A stretch of 24,000 bases of DNA from Acaryochloris marina S15 (GCF_018336915.1 NZ_CP064923.1:2184209-2208208); one strand, 5' to 3'. Positions 1-9,550 are shown, counted from the stretch's first letter. The notes: a model not told the origin generated them from the sequence alone. Numbers and translations: made by a program.

Positions 1-573
1 ATGACATTGCTCTTTGCTGGCCATGAAACTACCGCTTCTGCATTGGCTTGGGCCTTTTATTGGATTCATAAAGTTCCAGAAGTGCGAACTAAATTACTGG
101 CAGAACTCAGTGCCATCACTCCAGATACTGACCCGAGTGAGATTGCTAAGATGCCCTATCTCAGTGCAGTCTGCTCAGAAACCTTGCGAATTTATCCGCT
201 GGTGTTGTTTACCTTTAGCCGTACCCTCAAACAGCCCCTGCGAGTCATGGGATACGATCTGCCTGCAGGGGTAATGCTGACCCCCTGTATTTATCTGGTT
301 CATCATCGTGAAGATCTCTACCCTAATCCCGATACCTTCCGGCCCGAACGGTTTTTGGAACGCCAGTTTTCACCCTATGAGTATTTCCCCTTTGGAGGGA
401 GTAATCGACGCTGTTTAGGATACGCGTTTGCCTTATTTGAAATGAAATTAGTGCTGGCCACCATCCTCAAACAAGCGCCCTTGCAATTGGTTAGCTCCAA
501 ATCAATTCAACCTGTTCGGCGGGGAATCACCTTTACGCCAGCAGGAGGCGTACCCATGCTAGCTACTCGCTGA
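1..573 (+). CDS. Cytochrome P450, C-terminal part (5' end outside the window)
   Basis: I-helix motif AGHETT, ExxR (SETLR), PERF region, heme-binding loop FPFGGSNRRCLG; the frame is open at the window edge. Confidence 0.93.
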   Translation: MTLLFAGHETTASALAWAFYWIHKVPEVRTKLLAELSAITPDTDPSEIAKMPYLSAVCSETLRIYPLVLFTFSRTLKQPLRVMGYDLPAGVMLTPCIYLVHHREDLYPNPDTFRPERFLERQFSPYEYFPFGGSNRRCLGYAFALFEMKLVLATILKQAPLQLVSSKSIQPVRRGITFTPAGGVPMLATR

Positions 574-604
574 GGTGGCTAATTCTGGATTAGAATATTT
601 CTCC

Positions 605-1348
605 CTAGAGTTCCTTCTTTAGGCTCAGGAGCATTCGGTCTGCTTTATTAGCGGTATGGCGATGCTGTCTGTAATAAAATTCAGGGCAAGCTTTCAGTTT
701 TGACAGCATTGTCTTCAAGATATCGTGGGCATCTTGTTTTTCACCATCTTCTGCTTGAAGTGTAGCTAATATTAATGCTGCCTCAGGATGACTCCAGTGT
801 TTAATATCTTGAATAAGGTGGAGTTTTGCTAATTCTCGCTGTTCACTGGCGACGAGAACTTTACCTAGCAGCAAGGATGCATCGCCCCGTTTATATTCAG
901 GATCTAGGGATAGAATCTGCTGGAGATAGGCTTGAGCATCCTCCCACCGTTTAGCCGATGCTGCCACTGACGCCAGTCCCCATAGGGCATCGAGATGATT
1001 GGGCTCTTTCGAAATGGCTTCTTGAAAGGCTTCCTCTGCTTGAGTCACCTTGCTCATCTCTATCAAAACGTTACCCAGTTGAACATACTGGTGGGATTTT
1101 CCAATATTAACGACTGCAGCTTCAGCTGCTCGCAACTCCCTTCCTTTAGTCCAGCGTTTTAAGTAACTGGGAGCTGAAGAAGTATCCATTCGCGGTAGCA
1201 TTCTCGTCGCGAAATAAATGACAGCACCAAGATAGTTAAAGAAGAGCAATAGCCAGATCCAAATATTTCGATCTGGATCGTTTCGGATGCAATCAAAAAT
1301 CGCATACATCCAAAAACCAGTTGTGGCAAGTACAACAATGTGAAACAT
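605..1348 (-). CDS. TPR-repeat protein with N-terminal transmembrane segments
   Basis: Two hydrophobic N-terminal segments, then TPR-like repeats (AEEAFQEAISKEPNHLDALWGLASVAASAKRWEDAQAYLQQIL). ATG at 1348. Confidence 0.75.
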   Translation of the reverse strand: MFHIVVLATTGFWMYAIFDCIRNDPDRNIWIWLLLFFNYLGAVIYFATRMLPRMDTSSAPSYLKRWTKGRELRAAEAAVVNIGKSHQYVQLGNVLIEMSKVTQAEEAFQEAISKEPNHLDALWGLASVAASAKRWEDAQAYLQQILSLDPEYKRGDASLLLGKVLVASEQRELAKLHLIQDIKHWSHPEAALILATLQAEDGEKQDAHDILKTMLSKLKACPEFYYRQHRHTANKADRMLLSLKKEL

Positions 1349-1522
1349 TAAGGTAAATCTTATGAATTACCCTTAGGTTTCCCATCTCCAACCTTTAGGT
1401 GATCGAATTTCACTTTTTTGAATAAAAAAAGCGGTTTTGTAGGTCAAGAGATCAATCGCTAAAATGATGTTCACTATCATCTAGCAGCCTAGTTTCCTAC
1501 GGATGCCTAATAGAAGTAGCGA

Positions 1523-3202
1523 TTAGCCTAGGTTAACGCTATAGATTGTTTGTGTTCCCAACTCGTGACATAGAGGTAAAGGTAATTGATCTGCCTGAAT
1601 GCTTTTTCGATCTAATTTGACTTGGAGATTCTTAAGCGGATCGGTGCCAGAAGAAATCAAAAATTCAACACTAGCAACATATGAATCTTGTTTTAAATTT
1701 TCAAAGATATGAGTAATGGCTTCCAGGTAAGGGTGTCCTTTTTGTTGGTACCAATCTGCCGAAGCAACGTTGGGTTGATCTAAGCCCAAATGGCAAATTA
1801 ACGAGGGGCCTTCGAACAGTGCAATTCCGACTGGACGTGCCTCTTCTTGTAACAACAAATGCTGATTGTCTGCCAAGTGACGTAGTTTTTCAAGACGGTC
1901 GTAGCGTTGAGTCACATCTAAGGGGGCATCTTGCCATTGAATAGCAATCGTCAGCAGGTAGGTTTGCAAAAGCATATGACCTAACTTTTCTGCCTTCGTG
2001 TTTAAGTAGGTCGTATTGTAAGTGTTGGCCTCGATCAGCAAAGGTACTCGGTCTGCAACTTCTAATCCATAGCCTTTGAGCCCTGCAATCTTACGGGGAT
2101 TATTGGTAATCAGACGAAGTTTTTGAATTCCCAGATCATTGAGGATTTGAGCCCCTACACCGTAGTTTCGGAGATCGGCTGGGAACCCTAGTTTCTCATT
2201 AGCCTCTACGGTATCTAGACCCATATCTTGCAAGGAATAAGCCTTTAATTTATTGACTAGACCAATTCCACGGCCTTCTTGTCTTAAATACACTACGACG
2301 CCCTGCCCCACATTCTCAATCATTTTGAGGGCGGCCTGGAGCTGCATACGACAGTCACAGCGGAGGGAGCCGATGGCATCTCCGGTAAGGCATTCTGAGT
2401 GCATCCGCACCATTACGGGCTGTTGACCAAACTGTTTTGGATCACCTTTAACGATAGCGACATGTTCTTTGTGATCGAGCTGATTTCGGTAAGCATAAAT
2501 TTGAAACTGGCCAAACTCAGTGGGCATCTCAGCAACGGTTTCTCGATGAACAAACCGTTCATGTTGAAGCCGATAGCTAATCAAATCGGCAATGCTGATG
2601 ATTTTAAGCTGATGTTCGCGGGCATAATCTTGAAGTTCTGGCAGTCGAGCCATGGATCCATCGGGATTTTGGATTTCACAGATTACACCAGCTGGATATA
2701 ACCCTGCTAACCGAGTCATGTCAATCGCCGATTCAGTATGGCCTGCTCGGTTTAAAACACCGCCAGGGCGGGCTCTCAAGGGAAAAATATGCCCAGGTCG
2801 TCGCAAATCTGTGGGTAAAGAATCGGGATTGACGGCGACTTGAATCGTACGGGCGCGGTCTTCCGCTGAAATGCCGGTTGTGACACCTAAATGAGGAGAG
2901 GCATCGATACTGACGGTAAAGGCCGTTTGGTTCATGTCGGTGTTATTGGTAACCATCAGGGGCAGCTCTAATGCATCTAATCGCTCCCCCGTCATGGCTA
3001 GGCAAATTAACCCCCGCGCTTCCACGGCCATAAAGTTAATCATGTCAGGGGTGGCGAATTGAGCTGCACAAATTAGGTCGCCTTCATTTTCCCGATTCTC
3101 ATCATCCACCACGACAATGGCATGTCCCGCTTTAAACTCCGCAAGGGCGTCTTCAATGGAGTCAAATTCAAAAGAGTCTGTTGGCGTGTCGTGGGGATTC
3201 AA
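1523..3202 (-). CDS. ribBA: Bifunctional 3,4-dihydroxy-2-butanone-4-phosphate synthase / GTP cyclohydrolase II, with C-terminal extension
   Basis: [23 protein letters not shown] (RibB), [22 protein letters not shown] and [20 protein letters not shown]...[14 protein letters not shown] (RibA). The only listed start in the frame is TTG at 3202. Confidence 0.95.
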   Translation of the reverse strand: MNPHDTPTDSFEFDSIEDALAEFKAGHAIVVVDDENRENEGDLICAAQFATPDMINFMAVEARGLICLAMTGERLDALELPLMVTNNTDMNQTAFTVSIDASPHLGVTTGISAEDRARTIQVAVNPDSLPTDLRRPGHIFPLRARPGGVLNRAGHTESAIDMTRLAGLYPAGVICEIQNPDGSMARLPELQDYAREHQLKIISIADLISYRLQHERFVHRETVAEMPTEFGQFQIYAYRNQLDHKEHVAIVKGDPKQFGQQPVMVRMHSECLTGDAIGSLRCDCRMQLQAALKMIENVGQGVVVYLRQEGRGIGLVNKLKAYSLQDMGLDTVEANEKLGFPADLRNYGVGAQILNDLGIQKLRLITNNPRKIAGLKGYGLEVADRVPLLIEANTYNTTYLNTKAEKLGHMLLQTYLLTIAIQWQDAPLDVTQRYDRLEKLRHLADNQHLLLQEEARPVGIALFEGPSLICHLGLDQPNVASADWYQQKGHPYLEAITHIFENLKQDSYVASVEFLISSGTDPLKNLQVKLDRKSIQADQLPLPLCHELGTQTIYSVNLG

Positions 3203-3231
3203 AGTGACGGTACCGTAACGTTTTTTAACAT
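3199..3231 (-). CDS. Putative 10-codon upstream ORF / leader peptide [10 protein letters not shown] overlapping the ribBA start
   Basis: Minus strand reads AAGGAGAAG-ATG TTA AAA AAC GTT ACG GTA CCG TCA CTT TGA. SD-like GGAG lies 3 nt before the ATG. The TGA overlaps the ribBA TTG start as TTGA. Confidence 0.4.
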   Translation of the reverse strand: MLKNVTVPSL

Positions 3232-3270
3232 CTTCTCCTTAATTCTAAGGGGTGGGGACGCCAGTTCGCA

Positions 3271-3288
3271 CAGAATCCTTTGATTCTG
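3271..3288 (-). promoter_or_regulatory. Perfect 7-bp stem, 4-nt loop hairpin in the putative ribBA 5' leader
   Basis: CAGAATC-CTTT-GATTCTG on the + strand (CAGAATC-AAAG-GATTCTG in the ribBA sense). Confidence 0.35.
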
Positions 3289-3321
3289 CAAAACCAGTCG
3301 AAATGGGGATTTGGTACTACA

Positions 3322-3399
3322 ATGCAGCACATGTGATCTAATGCAGTCGTTGCTATTCCATGCAGTGATCGATATCAATTAATACGGTGATCGATATCA
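3322..3399. repeat. Short repeat cluster in ribBA/argC intergenic: three ATGCAG at exact 19-nt spacing (3322, 3341, 3360), then direct 13-bp GTGATCGATATCA (3365-3377, 3387-3399)
   Basis: Direct reading of the sequence; located between divergently oriented genes. Confidence 0.5.
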
Positions 3400-3464
3400 T
3401 CATCATTATTTTTGGGAAGCCTGAACTACATTAACTGTTTGTATGACTGACCTCTGAGGAAAAA

Positions 3465-4529
3465 ATGAATATGGGTTCTCAGGAAGATATTCCTGTTGGC
3501 ATTATTGGAGCATCTGGATATGGTGGGGTCCAGTTGACTCGTCTACTGTTGGAACATCCCCATGTCCAGCTGGCCTATTTGGGGGGCAATAGCAGTGCTG
3601 GTCGTCCATTTGCGGATTTGTACCCCCACTTGGGATTTAAACAAGGTCTAAAGGTAGAAGCCATCGATTTAGACAAAATCGTTGAGCGGACCCAGGTGGT
3701 CTTTTTGGCTCTTCCCAATGGTTTGGCAGCAGAGATGGCTCCGACTTTAGTGGAACGAGGTTGCAAGGTATTGGACCTCTCTGCTGATTACCGATTTACT
3801 AACCTGGATACCTATGAAGATTGGTACGGGACTAAACGACAAGATCGCGATCTTGCCTCTACCGCAGTCTATGGTTTGCCTGAACTCTATCGGCAGGGGA
3901 TTACAACGGCTCAATTGGTGGGCTGTCCAGGATGTTTCCCTACCGCTAGTTTGTTGGCTTTAGCACCCTTGCTCAAACAAGGGCTAATCGATCCAAACAG
4001 TGCCATTATTGATGCCAAAACGGGCACATCAGGGGGGGGACGCCAAGCCAAAACCCATCTACTCCTAGCTGAGGCCAATGACAGTATTGGTCCTTATGGT
4101 GTGGCCCATCATCGTCATACTCCCGAAATTGAACAGGTGAGTAGTGATTTGGCTGGGCGAGAGGTGGTCGTCCAGTTCACGCCCCATTTAGCACCGATGA
4201 CTCGGGGGATTTTGGCAACGGTCTATGCCACGATGCGGGACCCAGGACTGGTGCGGGAAGATTTGATTACGATCTTTAGCGCGTTTTATCGTAATTCGCC
4301 ATGGGTGAAAGTCTTACCTAGTAGTACCTATCCCTATACGAAATGGGCCTATGGCACGAACCTGTGCTATCTCGGCATAGAAGTTGATCAGCGAACCGGT
4401 CGTGTCATCGTGATTTCAGCCATTGATAATTTGATGAAGGGTCAAGCAGGGCAAGCTGTCCAATGCTTAAACCTGATGATGGGCTGGCCAGAAACCTTAG
4501 GATTGCCGGAACTAACGTTTTATCCCTAA
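3465..4529 (+). CDS. argC: N-acetyl-gamma-glutamyl-phosphate reductase
   Basis: [30 protein letters not shown], catalytic-Cys region [30 protein letters not shown] before the ATG. Confidence 0.96.
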   Translation: MNMGSQEDIPVGIIGASGYGGVQLTRLLLEHPHVQLAYLGGNSSAGRPFADLYPHLGFKQGLKVEAIDLDKIVERTQVVFLALPNGLAAEMAPTLVERGCKVLDLSADYRFTNLDTYEDWYGTKRQDRDLASTAVYGLPELYRQGITTAQLVGCPGCFPTASLLALAPLLKQGLIDPNSAIIDAKTGTSGGGRQAKTHLLLAEANDSIGPYGVAHHRHTPEIEQVSSDLAGREVVVQFTPHLAPMTRGILATVYATMRDPGLVREDLITIFSAFYRNSPWVKVLPSSTYPYTKWAYGTNLCYLGIEVDQRTGRVIVISAIDNLMKGQAGQAVQCLNLMMGWPETLGLPELTFYP

Positions 4530-4577
4530 GGGATCCGTATTGGGGGAAAATAAAAGAGTTAGCAACAATCTAAGCAA

Positions 4578-5012
4578 ATGGCTACAAATTATAAGAATGG
4601 GCTGGTGTGGGCGGTGTGGACCATCGTCACTATTGGCATTGGCTCTGCGATTGGGGCTTTGGTCGGTTCAACCAAAGTCTCTGCAGGAACGACGATGGCG
4701 GTGGTCACAGGAATGGGATGTGTCATTGGCATTGGTGCTTTGGTGAAAGCAATTGCCAGCCGTGTGAATCAAGATGCCACTGCTGGATGGGAAGCCCTCT
4801 CGGTCAAAGCCAGTTTTTTGCTAGGTGCCATTAATTTATCCGTGGGGTTGGTCCTTGCCCCCATTGCTATCTGTAGTATTGTCTGGCCATTTGCTGTGAT
4901 TAATTGGACTCAAGTGGGGATGATCATTGGCATCGTTGCTTCTGGTATGGGCGGACTGCTGGCAGCCATGGTCGAGATTCGTGCTTTGGAAAATCCGGTG
5001 GTGGTGGATTGA
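4578..5012 (+). CDS. Small multi-pass membrane protein of unknown function
   Basis: 144 aa with about four hydrophobic Gly/Ile/Val-rich segments; immediately downstream of argC. Confidence 0.6.
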   Translation: MATNYKNGLVWAVWTIVTIGIGSAIGALVGSTKVSAGTTMAVVTGMGCVIGIGALVKAIASRVNQDATAGWEALSVKASFLLGAINLSVGLVLAPIAICSIVWPFAVINWTQVGMIIGIVASGMGGLLAAMVEIRALENPVVVD

Positions 5013-5015
5013 CCG

Positions 5016-5798
5016 CTAGCTGGATGCACTGGTGTAAAAGCGGAGTGCAAACTGCCAGAAACGATTGGACAGTATAAATAAAGCAATCGCGAGTATTCCT
5101 GCACCTAGGCTCCAATTCCAGGTGGCTCGGTTGAGCATGGCTTGAGCGGGGACTGTCGTTAGGAACGTCACAGGAATAACAAAGGTAAAAAAGAAGCGAT
5201 AGGCGGTTGGATAGGCTACTACTGGGTAGCGGCCAGCTTCGACTAGACCTCGCAAGACTTCCGTAACGTTATAGATTTTGACAAACCAAATGCTGGTGGC
5301 TCCCAAAATAAACCACAGGCTGTAGAGGCTGAGAAATCCGCAGAGAAGTGGCCCCAGGCCAAGAGCATAATTTTGCCAACCTAGCTCCAAGTGAAATCCG
5401 GCATAGCCGATTAGTCCTAGCCCAAAAATGACATCGGGCAAGCCCCAAGGGGATATGGAATAAGTTGATAACCAAAATTGACTACTGATGGGTTTGAGTA
5501 AAATAAAATCGAGGGTGCCTTCTTGAACGTGGCGAACAATGCGGTTTAGATTGGGGACTAAGCAGGTGGCTGAAAAGCCTTGAAGGAGGGTGAAGATGCC
5601 CAGAACAACAAGGGCTTCATGCCAAGTCCAATCTTGGAAGGTATATCCTGTGCGGTAAAACAAAGACAGGCCGAATAAACTGCCCGCGAGATTTCCTACG
5701 CTGCTAAGGGCTGAGATTGCAAAGTTGGCTCGATATTCCATCTCGGCTGCAATGGTCGTTGCCCAAAACAGCTTCAGTACCCGCAAATACCGTTTCAT
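5016..5798 (-). CDS. ABC-2 type transporter permease
   Basis: 260 aa membrane protein with an N-terminus typical of ABC-2 permeases (YRANFAISALSSVGNLAGSLFGLSLFYRTG) and internal VRHVQEGTLDFILLKPISSQFWLS. Confidence 0.75.
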   Translation of the reverse strand: MKRYLRVLKLFWATTIAAEMEYRANFAISALSSVGNLAGSLFGLSLFYRTGYTFQDWTWHEALVVLGIFTLLQGFSATCLVPNLNRIVRHVQEGTLDFILLKPISSQFWLSTYSISPWGLPDVIFGLGLIGYAGFHLELGWQNYALGLGPLLCGFLSLYSLWFILGATSIWFVKIYNVTEVLRGLVEAGRYPVVAYPTAYRFFFTFVIPVTFLTTVPAQAMLNRATWNWSLGAGILAIALFILSNRFWQFALRFYTSASS

Positions 5799-6298
5799 TC
5801 TCTCATCCTTTTTCGCCTGTATGGTCTCTTAAAGACACCCTTAAGATAAACGATGCCGAACTGGGTGAGGTCATCATGCAGCAGAAGCGAGATCTCTTTC
5901 GTCCAGCCCATCGGGCTAGCCTAAAAGCACTCAATTTATGATGGCGACCTCTAGATTGGGATTGCCGAATTCTCCGAACTTAGATCGGGTTCGCTCCCAG
6001 GGCGGAATCAGCGGCGTCTCCTTATCAGGGTTGTGCCAATTATCACTGAAAAGCCTATGGTATGAGTACTGAAGCACGGCAAGAATTAGGCTGTGCTGTT
6101 CATGCTTTTGGCTGGCAACAGTTTTCAGCGGGTCCAGATTGGTATCTGCAGATGTTTGAAATTAAGGAGATGGAGGCATAGGGATTAAACATCTTGTTGC
6201 AATTGATGGAGGTAACGCTCCTCCCAATGCGACAATAAACTCACTCAATGAATCGAATTTGTCTACAAGCAAAGGAAAACGGGTTAAGGACACATAAC

Positions 6299-6838
6299 AT
6301 GTTCAAAAGAATCGCAGCACTTGCACTCATTATTTTAAGTCTGACCTTACAAGCCTGCGCGTCTGATACAGCCGGATTGCAAGCTTATGCAGACAATATT
6401 GATGGTTATACTTTTATGTATCCCAATGGCTGGGCACCCATCAAAGTTCCCGGTAGCTCTGACGTCGTGTTTCATGACCTGATTGAAGAAACCGAAAATG
6501 TGAGCGTAGTTGTTAGTGACATTACCAGTGATACTCAGTTGACCGATTTAGGGGATCCAACTGAAGTGGCTCGCACTCTTTTGAATGCGGTGATTGCGCC
6601 TTCCCAATCGGGTCAAGAAGCGGATTTATTGGCGGCAGCTTCGCGAACAGAAGATGAGAAAGTCTATTACGCCCTTGAATATTCGATTGATTTACCCATT
6701 GGTAAACGCCATAACCTCTCAACTGTGGTTGTTCGTCGGGGTAAGCTGTTTACTCTCAGCCTTTCTACACCAGAGTCTCGTTGGACTAAGGTTGAGCCTG
6801 TTTTTCAGCGTGTCGTTGATTCATTCTCTGTTTATTAA
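6299..6838 (+). CDS. PsbP-family (CyanoP-like) lipoprotein
   Basis: Signal peptide and lipobox MFKRIAALALIILSLTLQAC; DGYTFMYPNGWAPIKVPGSSDVVFHDLIEETENVSVVVSDI; TDLGDPTEVARTLL. The longer ORF start at 6248 is less likely because the signal peptide begins at 6299. Confidence 0.85.
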   Translation: MFKRIAALALIILSLTLQACASDTAGLQAYADNIDGYTFMYPNGWAPIKVPGSSDVVFHDLIEETENVSVVVSDITSDTQLTDLGDPTEVARTLLNAVIAPSQSGQEADLLAAASRTEDEKVYYALEYSIDLPIGKRHNLSTVVVRRGKLFTLSLSTPESRWTKVEPVFQRVVDSFSVY

Positions 6839-6927
6839 ATTGGGTTTAATGCGTGGCTGCTCCTTAATTGACAGAGCAAAAACGGACTCACTAGAATATG
6901 TTGGCGCGGCAATAGTCCGCGTTTCTT

Positions 6928-7000
6928 GGGGAATTAGCTCAGCTGGTAGAGTGCTGCGATCGCACCGCAGAGGTCAGGGGTTCGAATCCCCTATTCTCCA
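6928..7000 (+). tRNA. tRNA-Ala, anticodon CGC at 6961-6963 (CCA not encoded)
   Basis: Full cloverleaf: acceptor GGGGAAU/AUUCUCC with G3:U70; D-stem GCUC/GAGU; anticodon stem CUGCG/CGCAG with loop AUCGCAC; T-arm AGGGG UUCGAAU CCCCU; discriminator A73. Confidence 0.95.
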
Positions 7001-7111
7001 TTCGTCCAAATCGTTCTAGAGTAGATAAAGCAACGTGGCTGGCTCTGCTTCCTGCAATACAAGCGAAGCATTTTTGTAATGGCTCAGCCCTTATTTCTCT
7101 AGAGGCCCCTC

Positions 7112-8137
7112 ATGACCGCATCTCCTTCTACGCCTTCAGCGGTAATAAATGCTCCTCCACCCCCTTCAGACTCTAAAGAGCAGGTGGGGGAATTTCTGCG
7201 AGGCTTGCAAGACAGTATTTGTGACAAGCTCCAAGTATTGGATGGTAAAAGCACGTTCCAAGAGGATTCCTGGGACCGACCTGAAGGAGGAGGTGGCCGC
7301 TCGCGAGTCCTAAGAGAAGGGGCACTCTTAGAGCAGGGTGGTGTGAATTATTCTGAGGTTTGGGGGGATCATTTGCCTCCTTCTATTCTCAAACAACGAC
7401 CGGAAGCTGCAGGGCATCGATTTTATGCGACGGGGACTTCGATGGTCTTGCATCCACGTAGTCCCTATGTGCCAACGGTGCATCTGAATTATCGATATTT
7501 TGAAGCTGGACCTGTGTGGTGGTTTGGTGGCGGGATTGATTTGACCCCTTACTACCCTTTTAAGGAAGATGTGGTCCATTTTCATCAAACGATGAAAGCA
7601 GCCTGCGATCGTCATCATCCTGAGTATTACTCGACCTTTAAGCCTTGGTGTGATGAGTACTTTTACCTCAAGCACCGGCAAGAAATGCGAGGTGTTGGCG
7701 GTCTTTTCTTTGATTATCAGGATGGTATCGGTGCCCTATACCGTGGTCCCCATACTGAAGGGATTGCTGCCCACCATAGCGATCAGCTGGGTACCTTACC
7801 CCAACGATCATGGGATGAAATCTTTGCCTTTGCCCAAGACTGTGGCAATGCCTTTTTGCCTGCCTATGTCCCGATTATTGAGCGACGACGGGATACTGAA
7901 TATGGTGATCGTGAGCGCAACTTCCAGCTTTATCGCCGAGGTCGATACGTAGAATTTAACTTGGTCTATGACCGAGGAACAATTTTTGGCTTGCAGACCA
8001 ATGGCCGTACTGAATCTATCCTGATGTCGTTACCACCATTGGTGCGCTGGGAATATGCATATTCTCCCGAGCCTAATACCCCTGAAGCAGAACTATATGA
8101 GACTTTCTTAAAACCTCAAGATTGGGCTACAGGGTAG
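7112..8137 (+). CDS. hemF: Oxygen-dependent coproporphyrinogen III oxidase
   Basis: [81 protein letters not shown]. Confidence 0.96.
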   Translation: MTASPSTPSAVINAPPPPSDSKEQVGEFLRGLQDSICDKLQVLDGKSTFQEDSWDRPEGGGGRSRVLREGALLEQGGVNYSEVWGDHLPPSILKQRPEAAGHRFYATGTSMVLHPRSPYVPTVHLNYRYFEAGPVWWFGGGIDLTPYYPFKEDVVHFHQTMKAACDRHHPEYYSTFKPWCDEYFYLKHRQEMRGVGGLFFDYQDGIGALYRGPHTEGIAAHHSDQLGTLPQRSWDEIFAFAQDCGNAFLPAYVPIIERRRDTEYGDRERNFQLYRRGRYVEFNLVYDRGTIFGLQTNGRTESILMSLPPLVRWEYAYSPEPNTPEAELYETFLKPQDWATG

Positions 8138-8158
8138 ACTCGCCAAAATATCTAAAGT

Positions 8159-8200
8159 AAAAGCCAGGGTATCTGTTGCATATTCAACCCCTGGCTTTTT
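8159..8200 (+). terminator. Rho-independent-type terminator downstream of hemF
   Basis: AAAAGCCAGGG (8159-8169), 19-nt loop, CCCTGGCTTTT (8189-8199), with the right arm running into a T-tract (TTTTT ending at 8200). Confidence 0.85.
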
Positions 8201-8367
8201 GCGTGTTAAGCCTTTGATTTTGGGGAATCTGAACCATAATTTCAGGCTTTCTTTGCGAATGTGAGGGAAATGGGGCGTTTCGGCTCACTGCTAGCGAAAA
8301 AAATTAGTTGCTAGACCTAACTTTCCCAGTACACTACGAAAGGATTGAACAGTCACTAGTATTGGAT

Positions 8368-9240
8368 ATGGCTCAGGCAAAAATTGGCATTATTGGCGGT
8401 AGTGGCCTTTATAAAATGGAGGCTCTGACAGATGTAGAAGAAGTTCAAGTCAAGACTCCTTTTGGTGATCCTTCAGATGCGCTCATTGTGGGCACCTTAG
8501 AGGGAACACGAGTTGCTTTCCTAGCCCGCCATGGCCGGAATCATCATCTTATCCCGAGTGAATTACCCTTCCGGGCCAATATCTATGCCATGAAATCTTT
8601 GGGTGTTGAGTATTTGATCTCCGCTTCGGCAGTTGGCTCCCTCAAGGAAGAAGCGAAACCTTTGGATATGGTGGTGCCGGACCAGTTTATCGATCGAACA
8701 AAGAATCGCGTCTCCACCTTCTTTGGTAATGGCATTGTGGCCCATATTGGTTTTGGTGACCCTATTTGTGGGGCTTTGGCTGGGGTAGTGGGAGATGCGA
8801 TCGCATCTCTGAATCTCCCAGACGTAACCCTTCATCGCCAGGGCACCTACGTGTGCATGGAAGGTCCTGCCTTTTCCACCAAAGCAGAATCGAACCTATA
8901 TCGCAGCTGGGGTGGCACCGTCATTGGCATGACCAATTTGCCTGAAGCTAAACTGGCACGGGAAGCAGAAATGGCCTATGCCACCCTCGCCCTAGTCACC
9001 GACTATGATTGCTGGCACCCAGAACATAACAGCGTCACGGTAGAAATGATTATTGGCAACCTCCACAAGAATGCGAGTAATGCCCAAAGCGTGATTAAAG
9101 AAACCGTTAAACGCCTGAGTCAGTCGCCCCCTGCTTCCAAGGCTCATAATGCTCTAAAGCACGCGATCTTTACCCCCTTGGATCAGGCTCCAGCAACTAC
9201 CAAAGAACAACTCTCCTTAATTTTACAAAAGTATCTTTAG
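8368..9240 (+). CDS. mtnP: S-methyl-5'-thioadenosine phosphorylase
   Basis: [96 protein letters not shown] at 8368 is preferred over the TTG at 8308 because it fits the conserved N-terminus. Confidence 0.92.
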   Translation: MAQAKIGIIGGSGLYKMEALTDVEEVQVKTPFGDPSDALIVGTLEGTRVAFLARHGRNHHLIPSELPFRANIYAMKSLGVEYLISASAVGSLKEEAKPLDMVVPDQFIDRTKNRVSTFFGNGIVAHIGFGDPICGALAGVVGDAIASLNLPDVTLHRQGTYVCMEGPAFSTKAESNLYRSWGGTVIGMTNLPEAKLAREAEMAYATLALVTDYDCWHPEHNSVTVEMIIGNLHKNASNAQSVIKETVKRLSQSPPASKAHNALKHAIFTPLDQAPATTKEQLSLILQKYL

Positions 9241-9243
9241 GCC

Positions 9244-9513
9244 ATGCCCTGGTATATCAAAATTGAACGCGGCATTGTGGATAAAACCACATTTGATCGC
9301 CATGTGCCCGCCCATCTGGCCTATGTTAAAACCTTGAAGAGCCACCAGGCGAAAACGGGCTATTGGCGAGAGAGTGCAGGAGGCATGCTGATCTTTGAGG
9401 CCCAGTCCTACGAAGAAGCTCAAGACATCGTAGAGCAAGACCCCCTGATCTTGAACCATTGTGTTGAATACGAATTACATGAATGGGTACAAGTTGGAGG
9501 GCAGCCTTTATAG
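9244..9513 (+). CDS. YciI-like small protein
   Basis: 89 aa; starts 4 nt after the mtnP stop. HLAYVKTLKSHQAKTGYWRESAGGMLIFEAQSYEEAQDIVEQDPLI resembles the YciI ferredoxin-like fold. Confidence 0.7.
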   Translation: MPWYIKIERGIVDKTTFDRHVPAHLAYVKTLKSHQAKTGYWRESAGGMLIFEAQSYEEAQDIVEQDPLILNHCVEYELHEWVQVGGQPL

Positions 9514-9550
9514 CTCGAGTCTAGCTGCCAATGGAGGAGATACTCCAGCT

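Noticed and set aside
1400-1432. CTTTTTT-GAAT-AAAAAAG A/T-only stem between ribBA and the TPR gene
   Set aside because: No GC content in the stem; unlikely to be a functional terminator.
2399-2843. Antisense ORFs inside ribBA (100 aa and 63 aa)
   Set aside because: Fully contained in the strongly supported ribBA CDS, with no protein-like motifs.
5717-5941. 74 aa plus-strand ORF opposite the start of the ABC permease
   Set aside because: Mostly antisense to the permease N-terminus; no recognisable domain.
6594-7019. 141 aa plus-strand ORF spanning the end of the CyanoP gene and the tRNA
   Set aside because: It overlaps a convincing lipoprotein CDS in another frame and runs through the whole tRNA-Ala, so it is a chance open frame.
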